Shown: positions 1-9,727, numbered from the stretch's first letter. The stretch is DNA of 28,670 nt from a virus (IMGVR_UViG_3300006802_000396:1-28670); one strand, 5' to 3'. The notes: generated by a model from the sequence alone, not told the origin. Numbers and translations are program-made.

Positions 1-207
1 CGCAATCAGCAGCTCCTGCTCCGTCTCCGCAGCTCGGGCCGCCATCTGCAGCTCCTGCAAAGCCTTCTCCTGGGCGAATTGCAGCTCCATGGTCTTGCGC
101 TTCTGCTCCTCGGCGAGCCACGCAGCGCCGACCTTGAGGACGGAACCAAAGAAACCCAGAACGCCACCAGTGGCTACGTTGAGCAGGCCGTCGAGTACCG
201 TTTCCAT
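1..207 (-). CDS. Putative holin/membrane lysis protein (partial, runs off window start)
   Basis: Not in the ORF track. Read manually: ATG at 207 overlaps the endolysin stop (TGATG), with GGAGG 8 nt upstream. Translation METVLDGLLNVATGGVLGFFGSVLKVGAAWLAEEQKRK... gives an N-terminal hydrophobic helix plus a coiled segment. It directly follows the endolysin. Confidence 0.55.
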   Translation of the reverse strand, partial: METVLDGLLNVATGGVLGFFGSVLKVGAAWLAEEQKRKTMELQFAQEKALQELQMAARAAETEQELLIA

Positions 208-596
208 CACCATGACCTCCATGATCTGTTCCCGCCCATATCGACGTGCAGGAACGTGTTGTAATAGCCGAACCCCTGGAAGCCGACCTGCCGCGCCAGC
301 TCCTCGAGCCTCCACTTGTCGAGCCCCAGGATAGAGATGTCGTAGGCGTCTCCCACCTTATGCCGGGAAAGGGGCGCACCGCCCACCTTGGCGTTGTAGA
401 TCGGGTCGCGGTAGGCGCTGTTGATCGTCAGCGGGCGGGCCATCAGGGTGCGCAGCTCCTGTAGCCGGTCGAGAGCCTCGGTCATCACAACCAGAGATCC
501 GTCACCGTTCGATGCCAGCTCGGCCGGAGAGAAGTTGGGCCAGCGCCAGGTTGCAAGGTCGACCTCGCCGATGTTGTTCCACGCCAGGCGTGTCAT
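207..596 (-). CDS. Endolysin, peptidase M15A-type (Zn) cell-wall peptidase
   Basis: Motifs SAYR...N..VGGA..S.H..G.A.DI and FLHVD are typical of M15 peptidases; located in the lysis cassette. Confidence 0.9.
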   Translation of the reverse strand: MTRLAWNNIGEVDLATWRWPNFSPAELASNGDGSLVVMTEALDRLQELRTLMARPLTINSAYRDPIYNAKVGGAPLSRHKVGDAYDISILGLDKWRLEELARQVGFQGFGYYNTFLHVDMGGNRSWRSW

Positions 597-1042
597 GGCA
601 GCTCCTCCACGATCTCGAACAGCACCGTCGGCGTCTGCACGACGTGGATCCTGCCAAGGCCGCAGTCATAGGTGACCCGCTCGTAGAACTTGGCAGGGCC
701 AAGGGCGGCCTTCTCGGGAACCTGGACCGTGTACGCCAGGTGGAAGCTATCCTCGACCGGCGCAAATCCATCGATGCCATCAAAGTTCCAGACATTGCGC
801 TCCCCATCGACGATGGTGAACTCGCTTCGCGCATCACAGTCGCGGGTCTTGGTGCTGACGAACTCGACGCGCAGGGGGCCGCCTGGCACCGCATAGGGAT
901 AAGGTGCCTCGATCCACGACACGGTCAGCGGGGGCGGCTGCAGCTCGTACCAGTAGAGGGCAAGGCCAGCGCAGGTCCAGATGCCGACCATCGACACCAG
1001 GAGCGAGAGCTTTGACAGCGCAATCGAAACGGGGGCGCCCAT
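593..1042 (-). CDS. Hypothetical protein with N-terminal membrane anchor (lysis region)
   Basis: 149-aa ORF with a hydrophobic segment at about residues 12-32, followed by a beta-rich domain; ATGA overlap with the endolysin. Confidence 0.65.
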   Translation of the reverse strand: MGAPVSIALSKLSLLVSMVGIWTCAGLALYWYELQPPPLTVSWIEAPYPYAVPGGPLRVEFVSTKTRDCDARSEFTIVDGERNVWNFDGIDGFAPVEDSFHLAYTVQVPEKAALGPAKFYERVTYDCGLGRIHVVQTPTVLFEIVEELP

Positions 1043-1045
1043 GGC

Positions 1046-1303
1046 TCAACCCTTATGGATAATGGCGACAACGCCCTGCCAGATGGCAAAGGCAACAGCC
1101 GAGATGAACACGCCGACTGCACCGCGCTTCACCCAGCCCTGAAATTGCTCTGCACCCAGGCGCTGCTTGCGCAGGTAGAGGCTGTCAGCATAGATCTCGC
1201 GAGCTTCGGATGCGTCAAAACCCATCTCGCGCAGAACCTCTTTGGCGGTTTCTTTGGCTATCCTCTGAACGTCGGCCTTGGACATCTGATAAGTCTCACT
1301 CAT
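1046..1303 (-). CDS. Small membrane protein, possible holin/lysis accessory
   Basis: 85 aa with a single C-terminal TM helix (GAVGVFISAVAFAIWQGVVAII); AGGGGG RBS; first gene of the lysis cassette. Confidence 0.65.
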   Translation of the reverse strand: MSETYQMSKADVQRIAKETAKEVLREMGFDASEAREIYADSLYLRKQRLGAEQFQGWVKRGAVGVFISAVAFAIWQGVVAIIHKG

Positions 1304-1366
1304 ACGCGCCCCCTATCGTGACACGCACCTGCCGGCGTGACTGTTTCAAAACGAAACTTGGTCGGT

Positions 1367-1489
1367 TTATCCAACACCTGCGACAACAAACGCCGGGGGC
1401 GTCCCCTCCGGGATTGTCACGATGGTGATTGCGCCATACGTCATCGCGCTTCCATACGAAGCCTCGATACTAGTGAGAATTGTTTTCAT
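1367..1489 (-). CDS. Possible 40-aa ORF or frameshifted gene remnant
   Basis: ATG overlaps the stop of the upstream gene (ATGA); MKTILTSIEASYGSAMTYGAITIVTIPEGTPPAFVVAGVG*. See findings. Confidence 0.3.
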   Translation of the reverse strand: MKTILTSIEASYGSAMTYGAITIVTIPEGTPPAFVVAGVG

Positions 1490-1782
1490 GGCTTGGTGTC
1501 CCGCAAAGCCTTCTTCTCGACCCGAGCCTTAGCCAGGTTGGTAGGCAACTGGTCCTCCAACAGAACTTCAGTCACCAGCAGGGTGTCAATGAGGTCTTCA
1601 ACATCCCTCGTCATAAGGGAGTCACTCGCCGCCATGACAGCCTCCCACTCTCGCATCGGAGCCTCAGCGGCATTTGCCTTTTCGATTGCGGCATCTGCTG
1701 CTTCGATCGCATCAGCCGCAGCTTCTTCTTCAGGCGTGAAAGGAACAATCTCTCCTTGGCCCGTCATATTATATCGAGTCAT
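1486..1782 (-). CDS. Hypothetical protein, tail-fibre-associated (possible chaperone)
   Basis: 98 aa; N-terminal 'VPFTPEEEAAADA' resembles small proteins that follow fibre genes in marine podoviruses; TGATG-coupled to the fibre gene. Confidence 0.7.
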   Translation of the reverse strand: MTRYNMTGQGEIVPFTPEEEAAADAIEAADAAIEKANAAEAPMREWEAVMAASDSLMTRDVEDLIDTLLVTEVLLEDQLPTNLAKARVEKKALRDTKP

Positions 1783-3323
1783 CAGACGATCCCCCAGACC
1801 TTGAACGATCCATTAGGCATGTTGCCGGTGTTCTGCTCAAACTTGATGCCGTCAATCTCAGTCGCAACCAAGTTTCGCAAAGAGCCAGTGCCATTTGCAT
1901 GACCTCTGTTTCCGCCGGGAGCCGCAGAAGATACGAAGCTCCAGTGAATGTAAGGGCCACAGATGTTCGTCCCATCAGACAAGCCCGGATATAGGGTGGC
2001 CCTCATATGGAACATCTCATTGTACTGAGCGCTGCCTTTGTAGATTTCATTGTAGATATTGGGAATATTAATAGCTGAGGTGCCGTTGGAAGAACCAGCA
2101 GTGAACCGAAACCCCGTGTTGGCGTAGAAGTAATCAGTGCCCCCAGTTTGATAAGCCCCGCCTTGGCTGAACGTGCACAAAAGTCGGCAGGTCGCCGAGA
2201 TGTAGCCTTGCAGCTCGATCTCGAAATAGCTGTAGGTGCTCCAGTCCATGCCGTCAGCGTCCTCAAACGTCACTGAGCTTGGAGTGCCGGTTGACCAATC
2301 GTTATCAATAATCTTGACTCTCCCGGCCGCAGCTGCCGCTGGAACGGCAGGGTTGAGCAGCTCCCACCGCGTGTTGGTCGCCTCGTATCGCAGAATGATC
2401 TCGTGATATTGCCCAGCAATGTCCCCAGCTACTAGCGGCTGATTGCCATTCTTGACGATGGTCGATGCACCTAAGCCGTTTGGGTTGAATGTTGGCGTAG
2501 TGGACGTGTTGGCTGCTGCCGCCCGGAAAAAGCACAGCTGGCCGTCAGGAAGGCTTGTAAGGGCTGGACTATAGGTAACTTCAATTGCGTCGGCTGTTCC
2601 TCCGGGCGAAGCGCCCCAAGGCAGTTTGCCCTTGAGCGAGTTGGGGGTGACTGCTCTAGTGGTGTCAGTCCCGACGGCAGTTTCTAATTCGGTCGCAAGC
2701 TCGACAATGCCCGCCGCCGTGGTGGACGCTGCGGTTGTACCTGCTGCACCTAGAGTAGTGCGAGCTTCTGCTGCCGTCGTATCGTCCAGCACCGTAGCCA
2801 TGAATGAGGAGACCGCCGACGTGTCAACGGCTGCAGCCACCGATGGCAGACCCGTCACGGCGTCAAAGTACAGGTACTTGCCCAGCCTCGATGCCTTTGC
2901 GGGCATGGTGTTGTCGCCCGTCGCCAGAGCGTCCTCGATGGGGAACTTGATCCCGTAGTCGATGTCGCGCTGCATTTCCTGTGTGATGGCGATCATCTTG
3001 TCCAGCTCGGCGTTCACCGTGACGGCGCGGAAGTCCCCGGCCGTCTGGTAGTCCGCGAGGCGCTCCTTGGTCACCGCACGATAGAGAACCCAGGTGTCAT
3101 CGACCGTCGCGCCAGATGGGAACTGCGTACCGTCCAGGGTGATGGTCCCGCCGCTGGCGTTGCCGACGCCCGCCACAGTGTAGTCGGTCCCCTCGACCAG
3201 GGCCGTCCCGTTGCGCTCGACCACGAGATCGGTGCTGGCAAAGATCTCGAAGCCGTAGGTGAAGGTCGTCTCTCCGCCCAGGGCGACATGCCCGGTGCGG
3301 CTCGAGAGGTTGCTGATCGTCAT
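1782..3323 (-). CDS. Tail fibre / receptor-binding protein
   Basis: T7 gp17-like N-terminal adaptor (TFTYGF...DYTV.G...GG.ITL...LDK..I.QE), fibre repeat GIVELAT...DTTRAVTP, beta-rich C-terminal head; located after the internal virion proteins. Confidence 0.9.
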   Translation of the reverse strand: MTISNLSSRTGHVALGGETTFTYGFEIFASTDLVVERNGTALVEGTDYTVAGVGNASGGTITLDGTQFPSGATVDDTWVLYRAVTKERLADYQTAGDFRAVTVNAELDKMIAITQEMQRDIDYGIKFPIEDALATGDNTMPAKASRLGKYLYFDAVTGLPSVAAAVDTSAVSSFMATVLDDTTAAEARTTLGAAGTTAASTTAAGIVELATELETAVGTDTTRAVTPNSLKGKLPWGASPGGTADAIEVTYSPALTSLPDGQLCFFRAAAANTSTTPTFNPNGLGASTIVKNGNQPLVAGDIAGQYHEIILRYEATNTRWELLNPAVPAAAAAGRVKIIDNDWSTGTPSSVTFEDADGMDWSTYSYFEIELQGYISATCRLLCTFSQGGAYQTGGTDYFYANTGFRFTAGSSNGTSAINIPNIYNEIYKGSAQYNEMFHMRATLYPGLSDGTNICGPYIHWSFVSSAAPGGNRGHANGTGSLRNLVATEIDGIKFEQNTGNMPNGSFKVWGIV

Positions 3324-6300
3324 GGCGTTACTCCAGAATTGAGGATGGCGTCGAGCATGTCAGGAGGGAGCAGCTCGGGAGGGACGTTGTGACGCCGCTC
3401 CAGAACATCCGACGCGAGGTCGGGGAAGAGGTTGAACAGAGCCGTGCGAGCCGTCCCGCCCACGTTGGCGCCGGAGGTGTAGAGGCTGATGATCTCGGAG
3501 AGAACCTCCTTCTTCGTGTCAGCCCCGCTGCCGAGGTTGCTGTCGGTGTAGTCGGACTTGAGGGCGTACCATTCCGAGGCGATGACGGCGTTGAGCGCCT
3601 CCTCCATGTTGTAGAACTCACCGGGCTCGAGGTTAGGATAGAGCCCGGATGCGCCCAGACCAGACGACCCGACGACAGTCCGAACCGTGTTGCCGTCAGG
3701 ATCGACCGCGTAGGTAGCCCCACCGTCGCCACGAATGTACGTTCCCTGGCCGCGCAGGTAGGCGAAGAGGCTCTGCTGGGTTGGGGTCAGCTCGACGCCG
3801 AGAAGCCGCCCAGGGACGCTCGGAGGAATGAGGCCTAGACGGATAAACTCCCCGGAGATCCCAACGGCATCGACGTAGCCTCCCCACTTGCTGAGAGGGA
3901 TCTCGTTGTCCGGCCCGACCCGCATGCCGGTGAGGTCGAGTGTGGCTGCCCGCTCGGGATCGAGCCCCAGCTCGTCCACCAGGAACGCAGCGTCATGCTC
4001 GGCCTGCATCTGCGGGAACGGCGAGAGGACGTCTGGGCCGAACGCGTCGTAGGGCATCGGCTTGCCGAGCCAGTTGTAGCGCACTGGCAGCGCGTCGAAC
4101 TCCCAGTCAAGGATGGTCACGTCATCAGACAGGCCGAGGGTGCGCGATCGGTAGCGGTTGAGGACGCTCTCGAGCTGGCGCTCCAGGTAGTTGCCCATGG
4201 GATCGGGGCGTGTGTCGCGGCGCACGTCGCCATCTCCGAACGTGCGGTTCAGGTTAGCCATGAGGGGAGATCCCGGCCCAGCGGGGCCAAAGGTTCCCAT
4301 CAGGAGGCCCACTGCCATCTCGGTCCCGACCCGGCCAGCCTTGTCAAGGCCCGCCTCCATGTCTCGACTATTGGGCGTGGCTGCGTTGAGTACCGTGACC
4401 ACGCCCTGGAGAAACGACTGATCCATGGTGTAGTTCGCCACCGACGAGAGCGCAGCCGCCGCGATCATCGTGGCGTCCTGCTCCTTGTCAGTGTAGGCCA
4501 GCATCTGGGACACGTCGGCAGACATCGCCAGGAACGACGACATCGGCTCGGTGCGGGCGTAGGAGATAAAGTGTCCATCCTCGCCCCCGAAGCATCCCAT
4601 GTTGAACGAGTAGGGCTGGATCCCCTCCGTGGCGAGCGCCTCGCGCTGCTCGTAGTTGTCGGTCAGGCGACCGGTGATGCAGCCGTTCGCGGCGAGCATC
4701 GCACCGGACATGAGGAGCATGCCGCCCATCACCTGGCGCGAGACAACCTCCTGCCTGTCGGCCGCGTTGCCGGTCTGCAGGCGGGCGATGTTGTCTGGCA
4801 TGGCAAGGCCTGCGACCGGCATGCGGTGAGCCCCCACGCGAATGATATTGGCGATGACGTTGAGAAACGGCACGACGATCTTGCCGCCGGCGACGGTAGA
4901 CCGGAGCTGCGCGAACGACTGCATGACCGGCGTGCTGTCCATCTGCAGCGTCGCATAACGGCTGTGTTCGATGGCACCCAAGTGGATGTCGGGGGCCAGC
5001 GTGTCGGGGCTCGCCATGATGGCGTCAACGCGATCCTTGAACGCCTGCCCGGTGAGGCCTTCCGCCGTCGCCTGCATGTAGGCGTACTCGGCCACCGCCG
5101 CGCGATAGTTGATCACCTTGAAGAACTCGTCCGCGCTCGACAGCACCCGGCTTGGCCCACGGTAGTAGTATTCAAACAGGCCGTCGGCAAGGTAGGCGGT
5201 CAGGCCGCCCTGCTCGAGCGTCCCTCTGGGGAGGAGGAGGCCAGCGTCCTCGAGGACGGTCCCGACCGAGCGGTCGAACAGGTCCGAAAGATAGTTCCCG
5301 GTGTCGCGGTTTCGGAGCTGGGCGATGTTCTCAATGGTGAGCGCAGACCCGCGCGTCGCTGTCGTGAACTTGCTGGAGTAGCTGTTGCTGGTGCCAGCTC
5401 GGAAGGCCAGTTGCAGCGCCTCGCGAAACGACGACATCAGGGCGAACGTATATGCGGCCGAGCTGCCGAACGTGCGGCGCGGCCCCGTGGTGTTGCCGGT
5501 CGGGATGAATGGAGCCAGCCACCGCTCGGTGAGGAGGGAGGTTGTCAGGGCAGAGTTGCCGATGAAGTTGACGGCATGCGTCGTCGGGGATCCCAGCAGG
5601 CTGTTGATCCAGGCCTCGACCAGCATGTCCATCGTCGACGCGCCGCTGGCTCGACGCGTGTAGTCGGCGAGCAGGGAAGAGTTGGGCTCCTTCAGCGCCT
5701 CGGTCATCATCGCGAGGAAACGCTTGTTTACCTCTTCGCCGCCAGTGGTTTCGACGTAGTCGGCCAGCATCACGGCCCGCATCAGGTCGTTGGGTGGCAT
5801 CGCACCGGCAGGCATGTCGGGGGGCATTGCGGCGTTGGCACGAAGCGACCCCAATGCGCGACCGGCCTCGGCCACGGCGCCCTTGAACTGGAGCAGGAGG
5901 GCGCTCGTGATCTGGGCCTGGCGACGCAGGAGGGCCAGGTTCTCGGTCGTGGGGTTGAGGAGCGTCTCGGCGTGGATCGAGCGCACCTGGTCGAGGCTGC
6001 CCTCGACGATGGCGCGAGCTGCGCGGAGCTGGGGTGCGTTGTATGCCTCTCCCGTAGCGCGATTGAGGAGCTGGTCCTCGGTCAGGCCGGTGGCGTTCGC
6101 CAGCCATGCGACCGTGTCGTCGGTCATCACGCCCTGCTCGGCCCTGCCGGACCGGGCGATCCGCTGCTCGAGATCCTCGATGCGTCGCACCAGATCGATC
6201 TCGAGGAGGTCGCGCTGAACCTGCGTCATGCCCTTGACATCGGCCGACGCGAGAGGGCCAGCGGTCAGGTCGGCGAGCTGGTTCTGCAGGGCCGTGACCT

Positions 6301-9300
6301 CATCGCGCATGCCTGCGATGGCTGCTCGAGGGGCGGCACCCGTAACGTCACCGATCTGCTGCGAGAACGCATCCGTCACCGCCGCGAAGAAGTCGTCGAT
6401 CTGTCCTGTTTCGGTCAGCGATGCATACGGGAATGACCCCAGGGCGACATCAATGTCGTCCATGGAGGGCGACCCCAGCGAGCTGCGCAGGGCGTCGAAC
6501 GTCTCGTCGGTGATGGTGCCGCCGAGAACCTTGCCCGCGCTCTCGTCGATTGTCGGGGGGATCCAGCCAAGCTTCTTGTAGATCTCCTCGAGCGTGTTTG
6601 TGACGTTTCCGGCGACCTGGAACTCCTCGGTCGCAGGATCGCCGGCGGGTGCGTCAACGGCACCACCCAGATCGCTCTCGCCGGGCCGGGGCGGCACCAA
6701 GACGAAAAGGGCGTCTGATCCGACCACTCGCTCGTTGCCCTCCGCATCGAAGTAGGTCTGCAGGCCATCCTCTCCAGTCGATGCTAGGGCGTCTTGTCCT
6801 GCGCTGCCTGCGAGGACGGCTGCTCCTGCGCCTCCGGCGAGGGCTGCGCCCCCTCGTCTGCCTCGAGATGTACCGGCATCCCCCGGCGAAACATTCGCGC
6901 CATCACCTCCCGTGCCGGAGAGAGGGGTGCCGTGTTGTCTGATGATGCCATCGAGCTTCTCCCTGTTGACGGACGGCGCATCAATCCATGGCGCGTCCGT
7001 ATATTCCGAAACCTTGAAGTCGGCGGGAATGACGCCGTTCTTGGGGTTGCTGAAGGCGTCCCTGGCGTCTGTCCACTCGCTCGGAGAGAACACATACTCG
7101 GTGCCGTCAGATGTTTCATACTTGTAGTGACGCACGCCGTCCATGTCTACACCATAGCTGACGCCATAGTTGTACGTTGCATGTTTGCCCTGGCGCACAT
7201 AGACGTTGGCCCAAGCCGGGACGCCGGTCCCAGGGCCGCCGTTGCTCGGTCGGTTACGTGCCTCGATGCCCTGACGAAGGGCGGACAGGGTGGCGTGGTC
7301 CACCTCCTGCTCAGACTTGAGAACCCAGCTCTCCCAGTGGAACCGGCCGGGGGTCATCTCGCGACCGAGGCGCTCGCTCAACTCGCCGAGCTTGCCCAGC
7401 AGGGCCTCCTCGATCATCTCGTAGATGGCGAGACCTCGAGCGCCCGTGGTCACCGGGGCAAAGGTCGTGCCGGTCAGTGCACCACTGCCCTGTCCTTTCA
7501 CCTTCTTGCCGTCGTAGATGTTTATCCCGGCGAACCGGCCATCATCGAACATATTGCGGATCTGGACGCGGTCGAGGATCACAACGTCAGTGCGGCCCGC
7601 TGCCAAGAGGGTGAACGACAGAACCTTGTTGTCGATGCCGACACCCTGGACGTTGCTGTGAAACCAGCGCCGGATGTCTCGAGACGGAGTGCCGTCTGCA
7701 ATCATGTTGTGCAGGGTTTGCAGGTGGCTGACGCCATCCGGCCCCGTCTCCCCCATTTTCTGGAGGAAGTCTCCAAATGCGTTCAGGTTGTGCGCGGTCC
7801 CGGCCCCGGCGAGGCCGGAGCCCTTGGGCGCAACGCCCTTGGCCCAGGCAACGAACTCGGCAACCTTGTCTTTGGTGAAGTTGCCGTCGAGGGCCAACCG
7901 GATCCACGGTGCCATCTCGGCATTGATACCTTCGCGCACTCCTCGCGAGGACACGTCGAGGAACATGGCCTCCTGCGTGAACGGGTCAACGCCCTTCGAC
8001 AGGAATGACCATAGCAGCAATCCCGCAGTGTCCTCCGGCGCCGCCTTGCCGGAGCTGTAGAGGCCGCCCATGATGGCGGCGTCGGCGAGGCCGTCCTCGA
8101 CGTTGCGGAGCTGCGAAGGGGTCAGGCGCTCCAGATCGGCAGCCCAAGCGTCCACGTTTTGGAGCTGATTGATCAGGCGGTGGGGCGCGACAGGCACCTC
8201 GGGGCTGCCATAGACGTGTGCCATCGACCGGCCCCACGTCTCGACCGTCAGCTCCTCGCCGCGAGCAAGATCGAGAGCCTCGTCCACCTGCGCGAGGGAC
8301 GCGGGCGCGTTGCCGACGTTGGTCGACTGCGGCACCCCCTTGGGCAGCTCCACGTCATCGCCAAGGTCGGCGGTCATGCGCAGATAGGGGGCGAGCCGTC
8401 CCTGGTTGTCTCGCGCCTCGGCGGGCGCTGCGACATGGTCCTCAAACATCTGCTTGATGCGGACGTTTTCCTGGGCGACGACGGGATCCGTCGCGGTCGA
8501 TGGGGCGAGCTGCACGTCCTGCAGGGTTGCCTCCGGCTCGGCCTCAAACATGCCCCGCACCTCATCGGGCGTCATCAGGCCGACCTCGCTATCGGCGCCA
8601 ACGCTGCGGACGTCCTCGGGTGTCGCAGGGGGCTGGACATCGCCCGCGTCAGGGCCGCCGCCGCCAGGGATCCGAACCGTTCCTGTCTCGTCAGCGGCGA
8701 AATCGGCAAGGTGCTGTTTCAGCGTGGCCAGGCCTTCCTCGCCGAGCAGACCTCGAGCGACGCGCCCCTGCTTGATCAGTCGTGCGGCAGTCACCAGACC
8801 ACGCAGGCCTGCCTCGGTGATGCCACCCAGCGCCAGACCCTCGACCGACGTCTTGAGGCGCTCATAGAGGGCGTCGCCGTCCTCGTCTGTCGCGAGCCAT
8901 TCGGTGATCGGGTTGGCCGCCCAGGGGACAGACTGCACCAGGTCGGCAAAACGCCCCTCGTGTGCATCCCACGCAACGATGTCGGTCAGCATGCCATAGC
9001 CTGCAGCCTGACCCGACGCCTCGAGCCAGCCACCGGCCTTCACCACGCCGAGCGCCTGCCCACCCTTCGAGATGGCTCCGAACGGGATTAGGAACTGGGC
9101 CAGCGCCGACGTCAGGGAGCCAGAGACACTCTCCAGCTCGTTGTCGCCATCCTCCCGGCCCACAACATCCCTCACCGCGCCGACGAAGGCATCGCCATAG
9201 GGCGTGACCTCGGCCTGGATCCCGAGCGCATCGCGCGTCTCGTCAGGGATGCCGGAGGCCAAAAAATCACGGGCCTCGGAGAAGAGGTTAAGGCCGTTGC

Positions 9301-9727
9301 GGAACACCTCCTCGGCGGCACGGTCGCCAATCCTCCCCTCCATCAGCTCGATGAAACCCTGCTGGAGATCCTGGCCGATCAGCTCGCCGATGCTGGGCTC
9401 CTCGACCTTGGGCATGTCGCTCCATGCAACGGTCGGCTCGTTTCCCTCGGTCGTGGCGTTGACCGTGGAGGGCAGGCCTACAACGCCCTCGGCAGGGATG
9501 GCCGGGAACGTCGTGGAGGATCCGTCGGGCAGGCGCTTGCCTGTGACAAACACGCCATCGGGGCGCTGCTCCACGAGCAGGTCCATGTCGCCTGCGTTCA
9601 CCCATGCCTTCGGCACAGGAGGGTTGGCGGCAGCAGCCCGCGCCGGCCCCGCCTCGCTGGGGATGGATGCGTTGGCCTGCTCGCGCAGGTTCCGGTAGTG
9701 GGCGATGGCTTGCGGGTTGGCGGGCAT
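3320..9727 (-). CDS. Giant internal virion/DNA-ejection protein (2135 aa), multi-domain 'polyvalent'-like
   Basis: Largest ORF, in the T7 gp16-equivalent position. C-terminal helical region with QPYS...SYAR.EP...LAMSAD is typical of podovirus internal proteins. Contains an internal HhH-glycosylase-like domain (see findings). Confidence 0.8.
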   Translation of the reverse strand: MPANPQAIAHYRNLREQANASIPSEAGPARAAAANPPVPKAWVNAGDMDLLVEQRPDGVFVTGKRLPDGSSTTFPAIPAEGVVGLPSTVNATTEGNEPTVAWSDMPKVEEPSIGELIGQDLQQGFIELMEGRIGDRAAEEVFRNGLNLFSEARDFLASGIPDETRDALGIQAEVTPYGDAFVGAVRDVVGREDGDNELESVSGSLTSALAQFLIPFGAISKGGQALGVVKAGGWLEASGQAAGYGMLTDIVAWDAHEGRFADLVQSVPWAANPITEWLATDEDGDALYERLKTSVEGLALGGITEAGLRGLVTAARLIKQGRVARGLLGEEGLATLKQHLADFAADETGTVRIPGGGGPDAGDVQPPATPEDVRSVGADSEVGLMTPDEVRGMFEAEPEATLQDVQLAPSTATDPVVAQENVRIKQMFEDHVAAPAEARDNQGRLAPYLRMTADLGDDVELPKGVPQSTNVGNAPASLAQVDEALDLARGEELTVETWGRSMAHVYGSPEVPVAPHRLINQLQNVDAWAADLERLTPSQLRNVEDGLADAAIMGGLYSSGKAAPEDTAGLLLWSFLSKGVDPFTQEAMFLDVSSRGVREGINAEMAPWIRLALDGNFTKDKVAEFVAWAKGVAPKGSGLAGAGTAHNLNAFGDFLQKMGETGPDGVSHLQTLHNMIADGTPSRDIRRWFHSNVQGVGIDNKVLSFTLLAAGRTDVVILDRVQIRNMFDDGRFAGINIYDGKKVKGQGSGALTGTTFAPVTTGARGLAIYEMIEEALLGKLGELSERLGREMTPGRFHWESWVLKSEQEVDHATLSALRQGIEARNRPSNGGPGTGVPAWANVYVRQGKHATYNYGVSYGVDMDGVRHYKYETSDGTEYVFSPSEWTDARDAFSNPKNGVIPADFKVSEYTDAPWIDAPSVNREKLDGIIRQHGTPLSGTGGDGANVSPGDAGTSRGRRGGAALAGGAGAAVLAGSAGQDALASTGEDGLQTYFDAEGNERVVGSDALFVLVPPRPGESDLGGAVDAPAGDPATEEFQVAGNVTNTLEEIYKKLGWIPPTIDESAGKVLGGTITDETFDALRSSLGSPSMDDIDVALGSFPYASLTETGQIDDFFAAVTDAFSQQIGDVTGAAPRAAIAGMRDEVTALQNQLADLTAGPLASADVKGMTQVQRDLLEIDLVRRIEDLEQRIARSGRAEQGVMTDDTVAWLANATGLTEDQLLNRATGEAYNAPQLRAARAIVEGSLDQVRSIHAETLLNPTTENLALLRRQAQITSALLLQFKGAVAEAGRALGSLRANAAMPPDMPAGAMPPNDLMRAVMLADYVETTGGEEVNKRFLAMMTEALKEPNSSLLADYTRRASGASTMDMLVEAWINSLLGSPTTHAVNFIGNSALTTSLLTERWLAPFIPTGNTTGPRRTFGSSAAYTFALMSSFREALQLAFRAGTSNSYSSKFTTATRGSALTIENIAQLRNRDTGNYLSDLFDRSVGTVLEDAGLLLPRGTLEQGGLTAYLADGLFEYYYRGPSRVLSSADEFFKVINYRAAVAEYAYMQATAEGLTGQAFKDRVDAIMASPDTLAPDIHLGAIEHSRYATLQMDSTPVMQSFAQLRSTVAGGKIVVPFLNVIANIIRVGAHRMPVAGLAMPDNIARLQTGNAADRQEVVSRQVMGGMLLMSGAMLAANGCITGRLTDNYEQREALATEGIQPYSFNMGCFGGEDGHFISYARTEPMSSFLAMSADVSQMLAYTDKEQDATMIAAAALSSVANYTMDQSFLQGVVTVLNAATPNSRDMEAGLDKAGRVGTEMAVGLLMGTFGPAGPGSPLMANLNRTFGDGDVRRDTRPDPMGNYLERQLESVLNRYRSRTLGLSDDVTILDWEFDALPVRYNWLGKPMPYDAFGPDVLSPFPQMQAEHDAAFLVDELGLDPERAATLDLTGMRVGPDNEIPLSKWGGYVDAVGISGEFIRLGLIPPSVPGRLLGVELTPTQQSLFAYLRGQGTYIRGDGGATYAVDPDGNTVRTVVGSSGLGASGLYPNLEPGEFYNMEEALNAVIASEWYALKSDYTDSNLGSGADTKKEVLSEIISLYTSGANVGGTARTALFNLFPDLASDVLERRHNVPPELLPPDMLDAILNSGVTP

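Noticed and set aside
1782-3323. Diversity-generating retroelement, given the BPP-1-like virion module
   Set aside because: No reverse transcriptase and no TR/VR repeat pair matching the fibre 3' end is seen in this window.
3995-6436. 813-aa plus-strand ORF, and other long plus-strand ORFs (6794-8008, 13184-14389, 15006-16481 etc.)
   Set aside because: Antisense shadows of GC3-biased minus-strand genes; Arg/His/Gly-rich translations with no recognisable motifs.
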